A DNA stretch of 25,701 bases from a virus. Taxonomy: Duplodnaviria; Caudoviricetes. The DNA lies in IMG/VR virus record IMGVR_UViG_3300038520_002359, positions 1 through 25,701 of that record, one strand, 5' to 3'. A program made the position numbers and the translations under genes. The notes below the pieces were generated by a model that saw only the letters and a list, made by a program, of their open reading frames with translations, made no database searches and had not been told where the DNA came from. Of the stretch, positions 1 through 9,164 are shown one piece after another; position 1 is the stretch's first letter, and each line of letters opens with the position of its first letter.

Positions 1-431
1 TGGTCAAGAATAAATACCCAGACATAAGACAAGCTACACTGCAGGAACAATACAAGCACATTGATTGGGTTTGTAGTGCAGGGACAATAGATGTAAAGGG
101 CATCAAGCGGAAAAGCAGGAGAGGGGGCAAGTCCACGGACTTCATTTGGATTGAGTTCAAGAACAATACAGGGGACAAAGGTTGGCTATACGGAGAGCAG
201 GACTTCATCGCATTTGAGTTAGATGATAGCTTCATTGTTGTCAGGAGAGAGGATTTAAAAAATATTTGTGAAGAACTTTGTGACTTGGATAAAAGTGTTG
301 CAAGTGCTTCGGACGCGCTCTACAAGGGCTACAACAGGAGGAACAGATCTGACTTGATATCCATGATAAGGAAGAGTGACCTGCTAAAAATTAAGCACTC
401 AACAATAAATAAAAATGTCGCACTTCTATAA
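1..431 (+). CDS. 5'-truncated phage protein, probable PD-(D/E)XK nuclease fold
   Basis: Not in the ORF track. Frame 3 is open from the window start to TAA at 429-431: VKNKYPDIRQATLQEQYKHIDWVCSAGTIDVKGIKR...WIEFKNNTGDKGWLYGEQDFIAFE. It has a D...D-V-K motif and overlaps the next gene. Confidence 0.6.
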   Translation, partial: VKNKYPDIRQATLQEQYKHIDWVCSAGTIDVKGIKRKSRRGGKSTDFIWIEFKNNTGDKGWLYGEQDFIAFELDDSFIVVRREDLKNICEELCDLDKSVASASDALYKGYNRRNRSDLISMIRKSDLLKIKHSTINKNVALL

Positions 432-1173
432 ATACAACAAGGGTGATCCTATCTTCTTGCAAGAGATAGCGACTGCAGCTCAAGCAAAAAAGGTGCGAGG
501 GGCTTGGCCCTCAGTCACAACGGTTCTAGGTATTCTCAAGGATCCATTCTTGGATAGTATATACAAACCAAGAAAAATTACTGAACTCGCAAGAGAGAAG
601 CCAGATTTGCACTGGAAGGACATTGCCGATCTGACCTACGGCACAAGAGAGAGCCCTGTAACAGGAAATCAAATACCATCTTCTGAGTTCGGGACAGCGG
701 TGCATAAACGCATCGAGGACTTCGTTCTTGCGGACATGGATGCTCGCAGACCACCAGAGGGAACGCCTTGGGACATCTGGGCTCAACCATTCATTGAGTG
801 GTACAAGAAGAACAATGTTACTCCAATCGCCGTGGAACATATGATTGGAGAGGGGAGCGTGAAGATTGTAGGTAGTGTAGATTTCATTGGCAAAGATGCA
901 TCTGGCGAAGCTTTCTTGGCTGACTACAAGTGCAGATCGAACTGCAAGGGCAAAGGAAAGTTCTACCCAAAGGATCTTTATCAACTTGCTATTGAATCTT
1001 GGATGCTATCCAAACGGGCTAAACTATCTTACATACCTGGGTGCATATCGATTTGCATTGATTGCGAAACCCAACAGCATTACCACAAAGTCTGGAGCGC
1101 AGAGCAGATTGTTGAAGGTATTGAAATCGCAAAGCTCTGCAGTAAACTGTATTGGAAAACTAGAATGCAATGA
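415..1173 (+). CDS. PD-(D/E)XK exonuclease (Cas4/RecB-like phage exonuclease)
   Basis: Motifs PSVTTVLG, GTAVHKRIE, GSVDFIG...ADYK and QLA are typical of phage PD-(D/E)XK exonucleases. It lies near the ERF annealase. Confidence 0.8.
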   Translation: MSHFYKYNKGDPIFLQEIATAAQAKKVRGAWPSVTTVLGILKDPFLDSIYKPRKITELAREKPDLHWKDIADLTYGTRESPVTGNQIPSSEFGTAVHKRIEDFVLADMDARRPPEGTPWDIWAQPFIEWYKKNNVTPIAVEHMIGEGSVKIVGSVDFIGKDASGEAFLADYKCRSNCKGKGKFYPKDLYQLAIESWMLSKRAKLSYIPGCISICIDCETQQHYHKVWSAEQIVEGIEIAKLCSKLYWKTRMQ

Positions 1174-1430
1174 TAAAGTTCAAGGAGAGTGCGCACAAAA
1201 ATATCATGGGTCAGGACATGTATGCCGAAGGAGCCGTAATATTTCACGGCATTGAAGATGCAATAACTGGTATAGATCAAAATGGGTTTGCCATATATAG
1301 CTATGAAGAAATGATTAAGATATTCATGAATGACGGCATGACGGATGAAGAGGCTATGGAATGGATAGACTACAACGTGCTAGGCACAAACGCGGGACAA
1401 GGCTTCGTGATACATTATTCTTATGAGTGA
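1170..1430 (+). CDS. Acidic hypothetical phage protein
   Basis: 86-aa ORF with an ATGA overlap to the upstream gene. The EEAMEWIDYN motif resembles common aquatic-phage hypotheticals. Confidence 0.7.
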   Translation: MIKFKESAHKNIMGQDMYAEGAVIFHGIEDAITGIDQNGFAIYSYEEMIKIFMNDGMTDEEAMEWIDYNVLGTNAGQGFVIHYSYE

Positions 1431-2061
1431 CTTAATATGTAACATACCCTCAAGCAAGGTTTGGGTGCGCAAGGAATACTTGCACGATGGAGAGACTGGG
1501 CACGGAGAATACGTTGAAGGTGTATGGGTTACAGCGAAAAGCATACCAGGCAGAGCTTTTTACTTTGAAACCTATCTGCCAAAATACGGAGCGCTGTTTG
1601 ATAAGCTTCCGATCTCTGCATTTGTATCCAGCCCAGAAGCACCAGACGAAGATCTGCCATTGCATGATCTGCAGTTCTGGAACTGCATGGACTACGGGGT
1701 GACTTGCATATCGAAGCAGTTCATTGGATCAATGGACTACGAAATATTTACGAGATCGCACAAGACGTTGAAGGCAACTTATCTGTTTACCCTGGACAAT
1801 TATCATACGCACAACGATGAAATTGATTACAGCACATCGGAGATACCAGCGGAACATAAATCGTTCAACTGCTTGGAGTTAGAAAACGGGCAGTTCTGCC
1901 TGTATCCTAACAATCGCATGCGAGTCTACGATAATTCTTTGACCCCGAACGAACCACTGCAACCTGACTTCAGCGTATCGACTGAGTTCTATCAAGTTGA
2001 GAACGGATACAAATACAGGCTTGGTGATACGGACGAATACTACTGGAAGAGCGAAAGTTGA
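1423..2061 (+). CDS. Conserved hypothetical phage protein
   Basis: 212-aa ORF overlapping its neighbours. SIPGRAFYFETYLP and YPNNRMR motifs resemble marine-phage hypotheticals (from recall). Confidence 0.7.
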   Translation: MSDLICNIPSSKVWVRKEYLHDGETGHGEYVEGVWVTAKSIPGRAFYFETYLPKYGALFDKLPISAFVSSPEAPDEDLPLHDLQFWNCMDYGVTCISKQFIGSMDYEIFTRSHKTLKATYLFTLDNYHTHNDEIDYSTSEIPAEHKSFNCLELENGQFCLYPNNRMRVYDNSLTPNEPLQPDFSVSTEFYQVENGYKYRLGDTDEYYWKSES

Positions 2062-2084
2062 ACGGCTACAAGATAAGATTCAAT

Positions 2085-2276
2085 ATGAATCAATACGAAA
2101 TTAGATACACCAGGAGTGACATGCCTGATGACTACATCAGCGTTACAACAAAGTGGGCTAACGATCCCAAATCAGCACTAAAGTATATGCTTAAAAAGTC
2201 TCCAGAAAAAGATGGAACATGTTTTTTCAAAAGAGGGGGCTCAGGAAAAATAATATCAACAAAGGAAATAAAATGA
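2085..2276 (+). CDS. Hypothetical protein
   Basis: ATG at 2085 (alternative TTG at 2058). The stop overlaps the next ATG (ATGA at 2273-2276). Confidence 0.6.
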   Translation: MNQYEIRYTRSDMPDDYISVTTKWANDPKSALKYMLKKSPEKDGTCFFKRGGSGKIISTKEIK

Positions 2277-2620
2277 AAACACACAGTTCTGGAAAAATGT
2301 CGCACTTCACTACAGGGGCCGTAAGAGATTGCATGGAGGGCAAGGGGTTACCAAGTCAAATGCCAACGTCTGCACTTAGAGCCGCATCCAGAAGATTCGA
2401 AGAGGGTGCAGAAAAATACGGCAGAGGAAACTGGGAGAAAGGTATACCTCTTTCCAGATACGTTGATAGTATATACAGGCATCTATGGGACTTCTTGGAG
2501 GGCGATGAAGAAGAAGATCATCTGTCCGCAGTAATTTGGAATGCTATGTGCCTTTACGAGACAAAAGAAAAGATTGACGAGGAGTGTTTGCCCAGTAGTC
2601 TAAACGATATAGACGTATAG
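2273..2620 (+). CDS. dATP/dGTP diphosphohydrolase-domain protein (DUF5664-like)
   Basis: Motifs TGAVRD..GKG, EGAEKYGRGNWEKG, SIYRHL and EDHLSAVIWNAMCL. Start moved to ATG 2273 because of the ATGA coupling. Confidence 0.8.
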   Translation: MKTHSSGKMSHFTTGAVRDCMEGKGLPSQMPTSALRAASRRFEEGAEKYGRGNWEKGIPLSRYVDSIYRHLWDFLEGDEEEDHLSAVIWNAMCLYETKEKIDEECLPSSLNDIDV

Positions 2621-2622
2621 AT

Positions 2623-3072
2623 TTGAAATACATATCACAGAACAAGCTGAAAGCTTGGAGAGAAAAGCAAGCACCAAAGAAGTGCCCTATCAGCCAAGCT
2701 GATATGCAGGACAATGTCGTTGATCATTGTCACGATACTGGCGAAATCCGTGGAGTTTTGCACAGGCAGAGCAATGCCTTTCTTGGAAAGGTCGAGAACG
2801 CATGGAAGCGCTACGCATGCAGAAGTGCAAATGTTTCATTGCCAGAGGCTTTGCGAAGAATGGCTGACTACATTGAATTCAGTTGCACGGGCTTATTGCA
2901 TCCAGTTGGAGCCAATCAACTGCAGAAAAAGTTCGAAAGAAAAAAAATTGAAGATCAACTGAATATTTTGCTTGACCTCGGTGTAGACGTTGACAGCATC
3001 GATGCTAGTAACTCGGACAAGCGGTCTAAGTTATATAGAAAACAAATAACCAAAATAGGCTATGAGCCATAA
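2623..3072 (+). CDS. Recombination endonuclease VII-like (His-Me finger) nuclease
   Basis: VVDHCHDTGEIRGVLHRQSNAFLGKVEN matches the endonuclease VII DH.H.TG..RG.L....N...G motif. TTG start. Confidence 0.8.
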   Translation: MKYISQNKLKAWREKQAPKKCPISQADMQDNVVDHCHDTGEIRGVLHRQSNAFLGKVENAWKRYACRSANVSLPEALRRMADYIEFSCTGLLHPVGANQLQKKFERKKIEDQLNILLDLGVDVDSIDASNSDKRSKLYRKQITKIGYEP

Positions 3073-3517
3073 TATAAAACAAAAACTACAAGGGATTCAG
3101 TCATCCCTCAAAGCCCCTAAGGGGCAGACTAATAAGTTCGGAGGGTATAAATATCGCTCCTGTGAAGATATTCTAACTGCAGTAAAACCTTTACTTGCAG
3201 AGTGGAGTTGTTCAATATCAATCTCAGACGATATAGTTGAGGTAGGTTCTAGAGTATATGTAAAATCAATAGTGCATCTGTATGATTCAGATTCAGCTGA
3301 TTTCATAACTGCTCAAGCTTTCGCTAGAGAAGCACCGACCAAGAAGGGCATGGATGATGCCCAGATCACTGGCTCAGCCAGTTCATATGCACGTAAATAT
3401 GCACTCAACGGATTGTTTGCTATTGACGATACAAAGGATCCAGACGCTACTAATAATCATGAGAAGATAGGATCACCTTCTCCTTCCAACGCTAAAAACA
3501 CAGAGGATTTATTCTAA
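3062..3517 (+). CDS. erf: ERF-family ssDNA annealing protein
   Basis: PKGQTNKFGGYKYRSCEDIL and AQITGSASSYARKYALNGLFAI are ERF signatures. Confidence 0.9.
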   Translation: MSHNIKQKLQGIQSSLKAPKGQTNKFGGYKYRSCEDILTAVKPLLAEWSCSISISDDIVEVGSRVYVKSIVHLYDSDSADFITAQAFAREAPTKKGMDDAQITGSASSYARKYALNGLFAIDDTKDPDATNNHEKIGSPSPSNAKNTEDLF

Positions 3518-3519
3518 TT

Positions 3520-3753
3520 ATGCCACAAGTAAAATACGATAACACAAACACTGGAGCTGTATTCAAAAACGACTACAAAGAGTCGGACAAGCATCCAGAC
3601 ATGACGGGACCATTAAACGTAGAGGGTGTTGAATACAACATCGCCGCGTGGTCAAACATGAGCGAGAAGAAAGGTAAATACCTGAAGATCAAGCTCACTA
3701 AAAAAGAGGACAAAGGTTCCTCCGAGTCAGACAGTTCAGACGAGCCGTTTTAG
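3520..3753 (+). CDS. Small putative ssDNA-binding protein
   Basis: Contains NTGAVFKND...HPDMTG and an acidic tail ending DEPF, as in SSB C-termini. It directly follows erf. Confidence 0.6.
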   Translation: MPQVKYDNTNTGAVFKNDYKESDKHPDMTGPLNVEGVEYNIAAWSNMSEKKGKYLKIKLTKKEDKGSSESDSSDEPF

Positions 3754-3774
3754 GGCGACTCGTTTCATGCTACG

Positions 3775-3804
3775 AGAGGAGGGGCGAAAGCTCCTCCTCT
3801 TTTT
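3775..3804 (+). terminator. Rho-independent terminator
   Basis: AGAGGAGGGGC-GAAA-GCTCCTCCTCT stem with a GNRA loop, followed by a T tract. Confidence 0.85.
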
Positions 3805-3822
3805 ATCTCTACTAACAAAAAT

Positions 3823-5133
3823 ATGATACCGCAGAATACAGAAGCAGAAAGACACCTACTGTCCAGTTTTGTAAACGAACAAGGCACAGCGAAGTTCGAC
3901 GAGGTCGCCAGTATACTTGACGAGTCCGACTTCTATGATTTAAGTAATCAAACAATTTTCAAGTGCATGAAAAGTATTGCACTTTCGGGCGCGGACATAG
4001 ATGAAATATCCTTGTCCGAGGAGCTGAAGAGAGTCGGCTTACTCGATAGAGCAGGGGGAATAGCTGGAGTTCTTGGTAGCACGAATCACCTTGGCATCGT
4101 TCAGCACAAGTTGTGCGCGGAGACCATTAAGGAGAAGTCCAACCTTCGTACAATGATACGCAAGTTCAAGTCCAGCGTAGAGAGCATGGAGGATGAATCC
4201 AAGACAAGCTCAGAGGTTTCAGCTGAAGTTGAGTCCATGCTACTTGAAATGAACGATATGTCCGAACGCGACAAGGATGTTAAGCTTGCTTTGCAAGAGG
4301 TTCGGGATGAATTCAAGAGCATGATCAACGGGACATACGAACCCGATGTAATCAAGACTCACATCAGCCATCTGGATGATAAATTAAGTGACGGGGGGCT
4401 AGGCATGGGCGAGGTCTGCGTCATAGCGGCTCCTACATCCTGCGGTAAGTCACAGTTGGCTTTGAACATGGCTTGTAGGGCTCTTGACAGGCAAGGCATA
4501 CCTGCACTCGTATTCTCGTTCGAAATGCCCAAGAAACAAATCCTGAAGCGTCTAATACACGCTATGTCTGGGGTGAACCCCAGGAGAATAAGAGATGCTG
4601 TTGTGACTCATGATGAGCAGAAGAGGCTTTGGGACTGCACAAAGAAGGCAGAGGGCATGAAGCTATTTACCAGCCATAGCGTAAGAGATATCGACGATCT
4701 AGTCATACAGGCTAGAGCAATGACAAGGAAGCACGGTATAAAACTTATTGTTGTGGATTATCTGCAGTTAGTCCCTTGGGATCCGAAGAAGTTCGGGAAG
4801 ACGGATGCCATCTCTGACATATCGCACAAGATCAAACAAATGGCAATAGAGCTCAATGTAGCGGTAATATTGCTCTCCCAAGTGAACCGAGAAGGCTCTC
4901 GTTCGGAGGGTGGGCTTGAAGTTTATCATCTACGCGATTCTGGAGACATTGAGAATGACGCTGACATCATAATTATGATGTATCCAGAGAAAATGGACAT
5001 GAACGAGGCAACAAAGATAGATGAAAAAGGCAGTTATAAAAATATGATTTACAAGATCGGGAAGAACAGAGAGGGTGAAAGAGACCTCATGGGAGCATTT
5101 AAATTTTATAATCAGCACGGGAGATTCTACTAA
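3823..5133 (+). CDS. dnaB: Replicative DNA helicase, DnaB family
   Basis: N-terminal PQNTEAE, Walker A APTSCGKS, FSFEM, IVVDYLQL, LSQVNR, LRDSGDIENDAD and KNREG. Confidence 0.95.
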   Translation: MIPQNTEAERHLLSSFVNEQGTAKFDEVASILDESDFYDLSNQTIFKCMKSIALSGADIDEISLSEELKRVGLLDRAGGIAGVLGSTNHLGIVQHKLCAETIKEKSNLRTMIRKFKSSVESMEDESKTSSEVSAEVESMLLEMNDMSERDKDVKLALQEVRDEFKSMINGTYEPDVIKTHISHLDDKLSDGGLGMGEVCVIAAPTSCGKSQLALNMACRALDRQGIPALVFSFEMPKKQILKRLIHAMSGVNPRRIRDAVVTHDEQKRLWDCTKKAEGMKLFTSHSVRDIDDLVIQARAMTRKHGIKLIVVDYLQLVPWDPKKFGKTDAISDISHKIKQMAIELNVAVILLSQVNREGSRSEGGLEVYHLRDSGDIENDADIIIMMYPEKMDMNEATKIDEKGSYKNMIYKIGKNREGERDLMGAFKFYNQHGRFY

Positions 5134-5348
5134 TGGATATAAGATCAATACACAGTTGCATTAAATACTTTGAAACCACGCTAGATAAAGTCCCGAGGAT
5201 GGTCAAGGAGGACGACCAGGACATCTACTGCGGACCCGTGCTTACGGACTTCGCCAAGGAGCTAGTCGATAAGGTAGAAAAAAGAAAAAAAGATGCAGAT
5301 AAAGTCTTGACTAAAAAAAATACTTCTGTAAAAAAGAAGAACAGGTAA
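5133..5348 (+). CDS. Hypothetical protein
   Basis: TAATG coupling to dnaB; 71 aa with a Lys-rich C-terminus. Confidence 0.55.
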   Translation: MDIRSIHSCIKYFETTLDKVPRMVKEDDQDIYCGPVLTDFAKELVDKVEKRKKDADKVLTKKNTSVKKKNR

Positions 5349-5398
5349 GTCCCTAGGTAACGAAGGACGGGTTATTTCTTAGCCTTGTTTAATCCTGG

Positions 5399-5434
5399 GC
5401 CCCCCTTGTGATCGGTCACGCAAGGGGGGTTTTT
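5399..5434 (+). terminator. Terminator at the convergence of the two gene arms
   Basis: GCCCCCCTTG(TG)...(CG)CAAGGGGGGT followed by TTTT, located between convergent genes. Confidence 0.8.
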
Positions 5435-5435
5435 C

Positions 5436-8400
5436 TTATCTGGCGGCTTTGAGAATTTCGTTTACCTGCTTGCTGATAATTCCTTTTTTCTTGTATTCAC
5501 GAACCATTTTTGGATCCGTGTGATGACCCATCTCAATGATTATTGCTGCTCTGTCAGCTGCATTTAAATTAAGAAGAAGCTTGTCCTGCTTTGTCCTTTT
5601 CAGGTAGGCATCTGTTTTTCTGTTGTTGTATTCTTCAAAAAATCTTTCAGCCAGTATTCTATCGCTGGGATCAGGGCTTTTACTCATTCTCTTTATGTAG
5701 GACTTGGCTTCTTTGTCGTCCATCGCTCCAACCCTTGTATCGTATTTTTCTTGAGTGGATTCAAGAACGCCTTTTGCAAAAGGCTTGAAGGGCATGCCTC
5801 TTGATATTCTGAATATATCTTCGCTTCGCACGTTTCCCTTCTTAAACAATTCTATTTTTTCGTCAACGCTGTAGCCAAGAGAGTCCAGTCTGCTGTAAGC
5901 TTCTTCAATTCTATTGAAAGCTTTTTCAGCGCTGGCTATTGCTTCCTGGTAGGACCTGTTTATATCGTCCTCTGAAATCTTATTTTCAAGAAACTTGTAT
6001 CTGTAGTCCGTTGTGTAATTACCTCTTGCGTCTGAGTAGCGCTCGGAGAAGTCCTGCACTCTTCGTATAGCCATCTGATTGAAGTCAATCTTTGTGAGCC
6101 TAGCTCCAAGTTGACGCATAACAACTTCACCAGTGGTGTAATCCCCTTGCTCTTGAATGGCATCCGCGAACTTCAATCCCTCTCTCAGTATGCCTGGTTC
6201 AAAAGTTTTTCCTATGGCATATGTAAGTCTTTCCTTCATGGACTCAAACCCTTCTGCAGTGCTTATCTTTTCGCCGTAGATATCTCTGTTGTCGATGGCT
6301 CGCATTACATTCTGGTTAACGAACGTGCCTTCACCCATCAGCTCTTCTGCAATTAATCCAGACAGAGTCTTGGTTGTTTCGTATTGATTCTCCGTCCCGT
6401 TAACAACGGAATCATACAATGCGCTCATGAACTGCGTAACTGTAGCGTGCGGAAAAAGATAACTGGTCATAGCAAATGTCCCCTTCTTTGTTTCCTTGTC
6501 CAGGGTAGCAGCAAATTCCTTGTCGCGCATGTAACTGAAACCAAAAAACCTGAAGTCATCCTTTTCTTGAGATCCCTGCAATGGGTCTCCAGCTGCATCG
6601 TCAAAAATTTGTTTGTAGAGGGGAGCCAAAAGCGATCCTGCTCCAGCGGAGATCGCCAGCATACCCATCAGTGCGCCGTTTCTTTTCATCCCTTCTCCAC
6701 GAAGTATTCTTAGCACCTTGTCTGCACCCTCCTGGGGAAGCTCCAAGTCAAAATCCTTCAAGAAGCTTTCTCCGCGAGTCATCTTTCCAGCGAACCTGAC
6801 TTGATTCACTGTGTTCCTGAAGAACTCCAGTGTAAACGTAACAAATGGAGGTAGTATACCCCTTCTCGATAAATACTTACCAAGTCTTGATGTCCTTTGG
6901 TAGTTCTGATAAGTATCGTTGGTTATTGTAGCTGCAATCCTTTTGATTGCCTGGCTCGCTTCTTCAGCGTTAGCACCGAAGCTAACTCCACTTTTTTGCA
7001 GCTTTTTTAAAAAATCTTGATTGGACTTCCATATAGTGTATCTAGTTGCCGTGTCCGTTACGTTGTAGACCTTACCCATTGTTTGGGTAAGCCGACTGAG
7101 CGTCCCTCCGACTTGTCCGTTCTTTAAAGCAGCAGCAACTTCACTAGCAGCTATACTGGCATTTCCTATGCCGTATTCATACATTTCATTCAATTCTGCT
7201 ATGAGCTTCTGCCTTGATTCAGCAGTTGCACGTCCAGCTGCCTTTTTTATATCCCCGACTTCAGCTGCAGCCAATGCAAATCCCTTGCCGTAATCGAACC
7301 TTCCATCTGATCTACGAAATATATTTACGCCATTACCAGCAGCAGCCATGACTCCACCAATGCCATTGACCATATAGGAAGCTGGGTTGTAAATAACTTT
7401 TGTGGCTTTTGAATAAGCTACGAGAGATGACCCAACCTTGTTAACGAACCCTGCAGTGCCCTCAACCATTTGTTCGGTGAACTCGGCTTCGTATAGCTTG
7501 CTTATCGCGTGCGCTTGTTCAGCGGGTATATACATTTGTCTTCCGTCTGAATCAATACCTGCCATTCCAGGAAGATTGAACTCCGTGTATCCAGGCTCTT
7601 TTGTGTATCTTACCTGACTAGTGCTTTGCACTGCTCTGAGGACAGATATATTTGATTCTATTTTTGCTAGATGCCGTATGCTGTCTCTTATCCTGTATTT
7701 GGATTGAAAACCTGCTCTCTGAATATTAGCAGTTATCTCTCCTAAGAATGCTCGCTCTGCTGGACCAGGCATGTGGTCTTTAATTTTTATTTCGAATCTA
7801 CCAGGTAGAGTAGCGATCAGAGCTTTTTGATCCAGTCTGCTATCTTTGGCGAACATAGATTGCAGATGATCGAAGTGCGACTTCACCTCCGCATTTATCT
7901 TTGTCTCAACCTTTGGATCGCTTATGTCCTGACCTTGCTCTTTTCTTTTTCTTGTGACAGAATTAGTGACTTCTTCTATTGCTGCAGCTTTTTTTTGTGC
8001 ATTTTCGGACCATTTTTTATCAACGAATGCTTTGTAAACAGAAGTGTCATACATCCTGTGACCACGATCTATCTCCTGCTGCATTCTGTCCATGACTACC
8101 TCCCTGGCTTCCTTGGACAGCAAGCTTAATTCATCGGTCTCATCAAATACTTTATAAAGCTGTTTTATTGCGGTCATTTCAATGTTCCGCATTTCATGCA
8201 AGTCCCCAGCGATTGCATCTTTAGCTAATCTCTCGGTCATCTCTCCACCGTTCATAAAATCAGTTATGTCATCGCGTAATTCTTCTCTATTTAGAAGAGT
8301 TCTAGTTATTGAGGCTTCAAGCTTCGTGCTGAGGGACTCTGCCCTTTGCATTTCATTTTGAAACTTGTAATAACCCTCTCTAGCTCCATCACCAACTCTT

Positions 8401-9164
8401 TTTGCTGGAGCAATGTAATTCATCGCCTTCTTGAAAGTTGATCTAAATGGACCAAGAATGCCTTTCTCTGCAGAGGCAATATCATTGGCTATGAACTCTC
8501 TTTGAAGCCTGTCCTTCGTCTTCAGGATTTGTCTCTTGGTAGCCTCCTTGCCCAACACTGGCTCAAGAATTTCAGCAACTGTGTCATTGTCCAATTGATT
8601 CGTTGCTATTAACTTATCTATTTCATCTGCTCTCTTTCCTGCTAGGGCATGCGCCGTGCTAAAGTATTTTGCATCAACTCTTCCAAGAACATTACCAAGA
8701 CCCATACCAGTTGCTCCAGCGATAGCGATGTCTTCTACCTTTACCTCTCCTGTATCAAGAACATCCGCAAGGGTTCTTTCTGCAGCAGCAAGACCAGCAC
8801 CCCTTATGGTTGCATCTCTCACTGGAGTAATAGCGCTTTTCTTGAAAGAAACCATGTTGGTAGTACCTGCAGCTAGAAGCCTTCCTAGTTCTATATCGGT
8901 GGGGTCATCCTTGGTCATAAGTCCCTTGACCCCTTTCTTGTCCTCAAAAGCTGTTTGAGCCGCTAAACTACCAACAGCGCCAGACACAAATCTAACAGCT
9001 GGTCTAAACAAAGAGAGCTTACCTCTCAATAGACTAGCAGCTATTTCTCCTCCTACACCAGCGACTACTTCAGTCCCTGCGGACTGAGCAACCTGTGCCC
9101 CAGAAAGGGGAAGTGCTTCTATTTTCTCTTCCTCTTCCTTTTCCTTGATCTCTTCAGGATCCAT
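5436..9164 (-). CDS. Large putative internal virion / DNA-ejection protein
   Basis: 1242 aa, predominantly helical-looking with Gly/Ala-rich N-terminal segments. It is the last gene of the structural arm, like podovirus ejection proteins. Positional inference. Confidence 0.55.
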   Translation of the reverse strand: MDPEEIKEKEEEEKIEALPLSGAQVAQSAGTEVVAGVGGEIAASLLRGKLSLFRPAVRFVSGAVGSLAAQTAFEDKKGVKGLMTKDDPTDIELGRLLAAGTTNMVSFKKSAITPVRDATIRGAGLAAAERTLADVLDTGEVKVEDIAIAGATGMGLGNVLGRVDAKYFSTAHALAGKRADEIDKLIATNQLDNDTVAEILEPVLGKEATKRQILKTKDRLQREFIANDIASAEKGILGPFRSTFKKAMNYIAPAKRVGDGAREGYYKFQNEMQRAESLSTKLEASITRTLLNREELRDDITDFMNGGEMTERLAKDAIAGDLHEMRNIEMTAIKQLYKVFDETDELSLLSKEAREVVMDRMQQEIDRGHRMYDTSVYKAFVDKKWSENAQKKAAAIEEVTNSVTRKRKEQGQDISDPKVETKINAEVKSHFDHLQSMFAKDSRLDQKALIATLPGRFEIKIKDHMPGPAERAFLGEITANIQRAGFQSKYRIRDSIRHLAKIESNISVLRAVQSTSQVRYTKEPGYTEFNLPGMAGIDSDGRQMYIPAEQAHAISKLYEAEFTEQMVEGTAGFVNKVGSSLVAYSKATKVIYNPASYMVNGIGGVMAAAGNGVNIFRRSDGRFDYGKGFALAAAEVGDIKKAAGRATAESRQKLIAELNEMYEYGIGNASIAASEVAAALKNGQVGGTLSRLTQTMGKVYNVTDTATRYTIWKSNQDFLKKLQKSGVSFGANAEEASQAIKRIAATITNDTYQNYQRTSRLGKYLSRRGILPPFVTFTLEFFRNTVNQVRFAGKMTRGESFLKDFDLELPQEGADKVLRILRGEGMKRNGALMGMLAISAGAGSLLAPLYKQIFDDAAGDPLQGSQEKDDFRFFGFSYMRDKEFAATLDKETKKGTFAMTSYLFPHATVTQFMSALYDSVVNGTENQYETTKTLSGLIAEELMGEGTFVNQNVMRAIDNRDIYGEKISTAEGFESMKERLTYAIGKTFEPGILREGLKFADAIQEQGDYTTGEVVMRQLGARLTKIDFNQMAIRRVQDFSERYSDARGNYTTDYRYKFLENKISEDDINRSYQEAIASAEKAFNRIEEAYSRLDSLGYSVDEKIELFKKGNVRSEDIFRISRGMPFKPFAKGVLESTQEKYDTRVGAMDDKEAKSYIKRMSKSPDPSDRILAERFFEEYNNRKTDAYLKRTKQDKLLLNLNAADRAAIIIEMGHHTDPKMVREYKKKGIISKQVNEILKAAR

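Noticed and set aside
5307-5434. Possible small RNA between dnaB-distal ORF and the convergent terminator (TTGACT at 5307)
   Set aside because: The -10 match is poor and there is no structure beyond the terminator hairpin.
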